From Catajapyx aquilonaris (taxonomy: Eukaryota), in the NCBI GenBank assembly GCA_000934665.2, contig KZ539134.1, positions 1 through 32,458 of the forward strand: 32,458 bases of DNA, in the 5' to 3' direction. The position numbers and the translations under genes are program-made. The notes beneath the pieces were generated by a model. That model searched no databases and was not told the origin of the DNA. It saw only the letters and a list, made by a program, of their open reading frames with translations. Every line of letters starts with the position of its first letter. Within the stretch, counting starts at the first letter, position 1. Positions 32,340-32,458 of the stretch are shown in pieces.

Positions 32340-32458
32340 TATCACAAAAACTAATTCCCTATACGGAATTGTAAAAAAAGGAAAGCAAGATCCAAGTAAC
32401 GGATAGAAATTACTGAAACAAGACTGGGCTGCGTAAGATCTTCAACCTTATGGATAAA

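Noticed and set aside
1..32458. CRISPR arrays, rRNA genes, autonomous transposases, prokaryotic systems
   Set aside because: No regularly spaced repeat-spacer arrays, rRNA motifs or long transposase/RT ORFs; the genes have spliceosomal introns.

Overview
Repeat-rich eukaryotic DNA, almost certainly from an arthropod, with three intron-containing genes. (1) The last two coding exons of the 2-oxoglutarate dehydrogenase E2 gene DLST (+, 2397-2648 and 7349-7483). (2) A complete PLP-dependent group II decarboxylase with the aspartate 1-decarboxylase (ADC/black) signature (+, CDS 12166-14881 in 5 coding exons, 558 aa), preceded by a CpG-rich region with CRE and E-box motifs. (3) A compact doublesex-family gene, convergent with ADC (-, CDS 27086-24051 in 4 coding exons, 422 aa, DM domain plus OD2 dimerization domain). 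The remainder is densely packed with MITEs/foldback elements, tRNA-derived SINEs with readable target-site duplications, microsatellites, short perfect hairpins and one 191-N gap. The most interesting signals are: a SINE inserted into the 3' splice region that follows the dsx OD2 exon, which leaves competing acceptors and several possible C-termini; an Arg-to-Ser change in the DM motif CARCRNH; SINE families that share or swap 3' tails; two different MITEs at mirror-equivalent TA sites of an older inverted repeat; and asymmetric CpG loss between two copies of one transposon. All calls were made by eye; gene models rest on splice signals and remembered family motifs, without transcript or database support.
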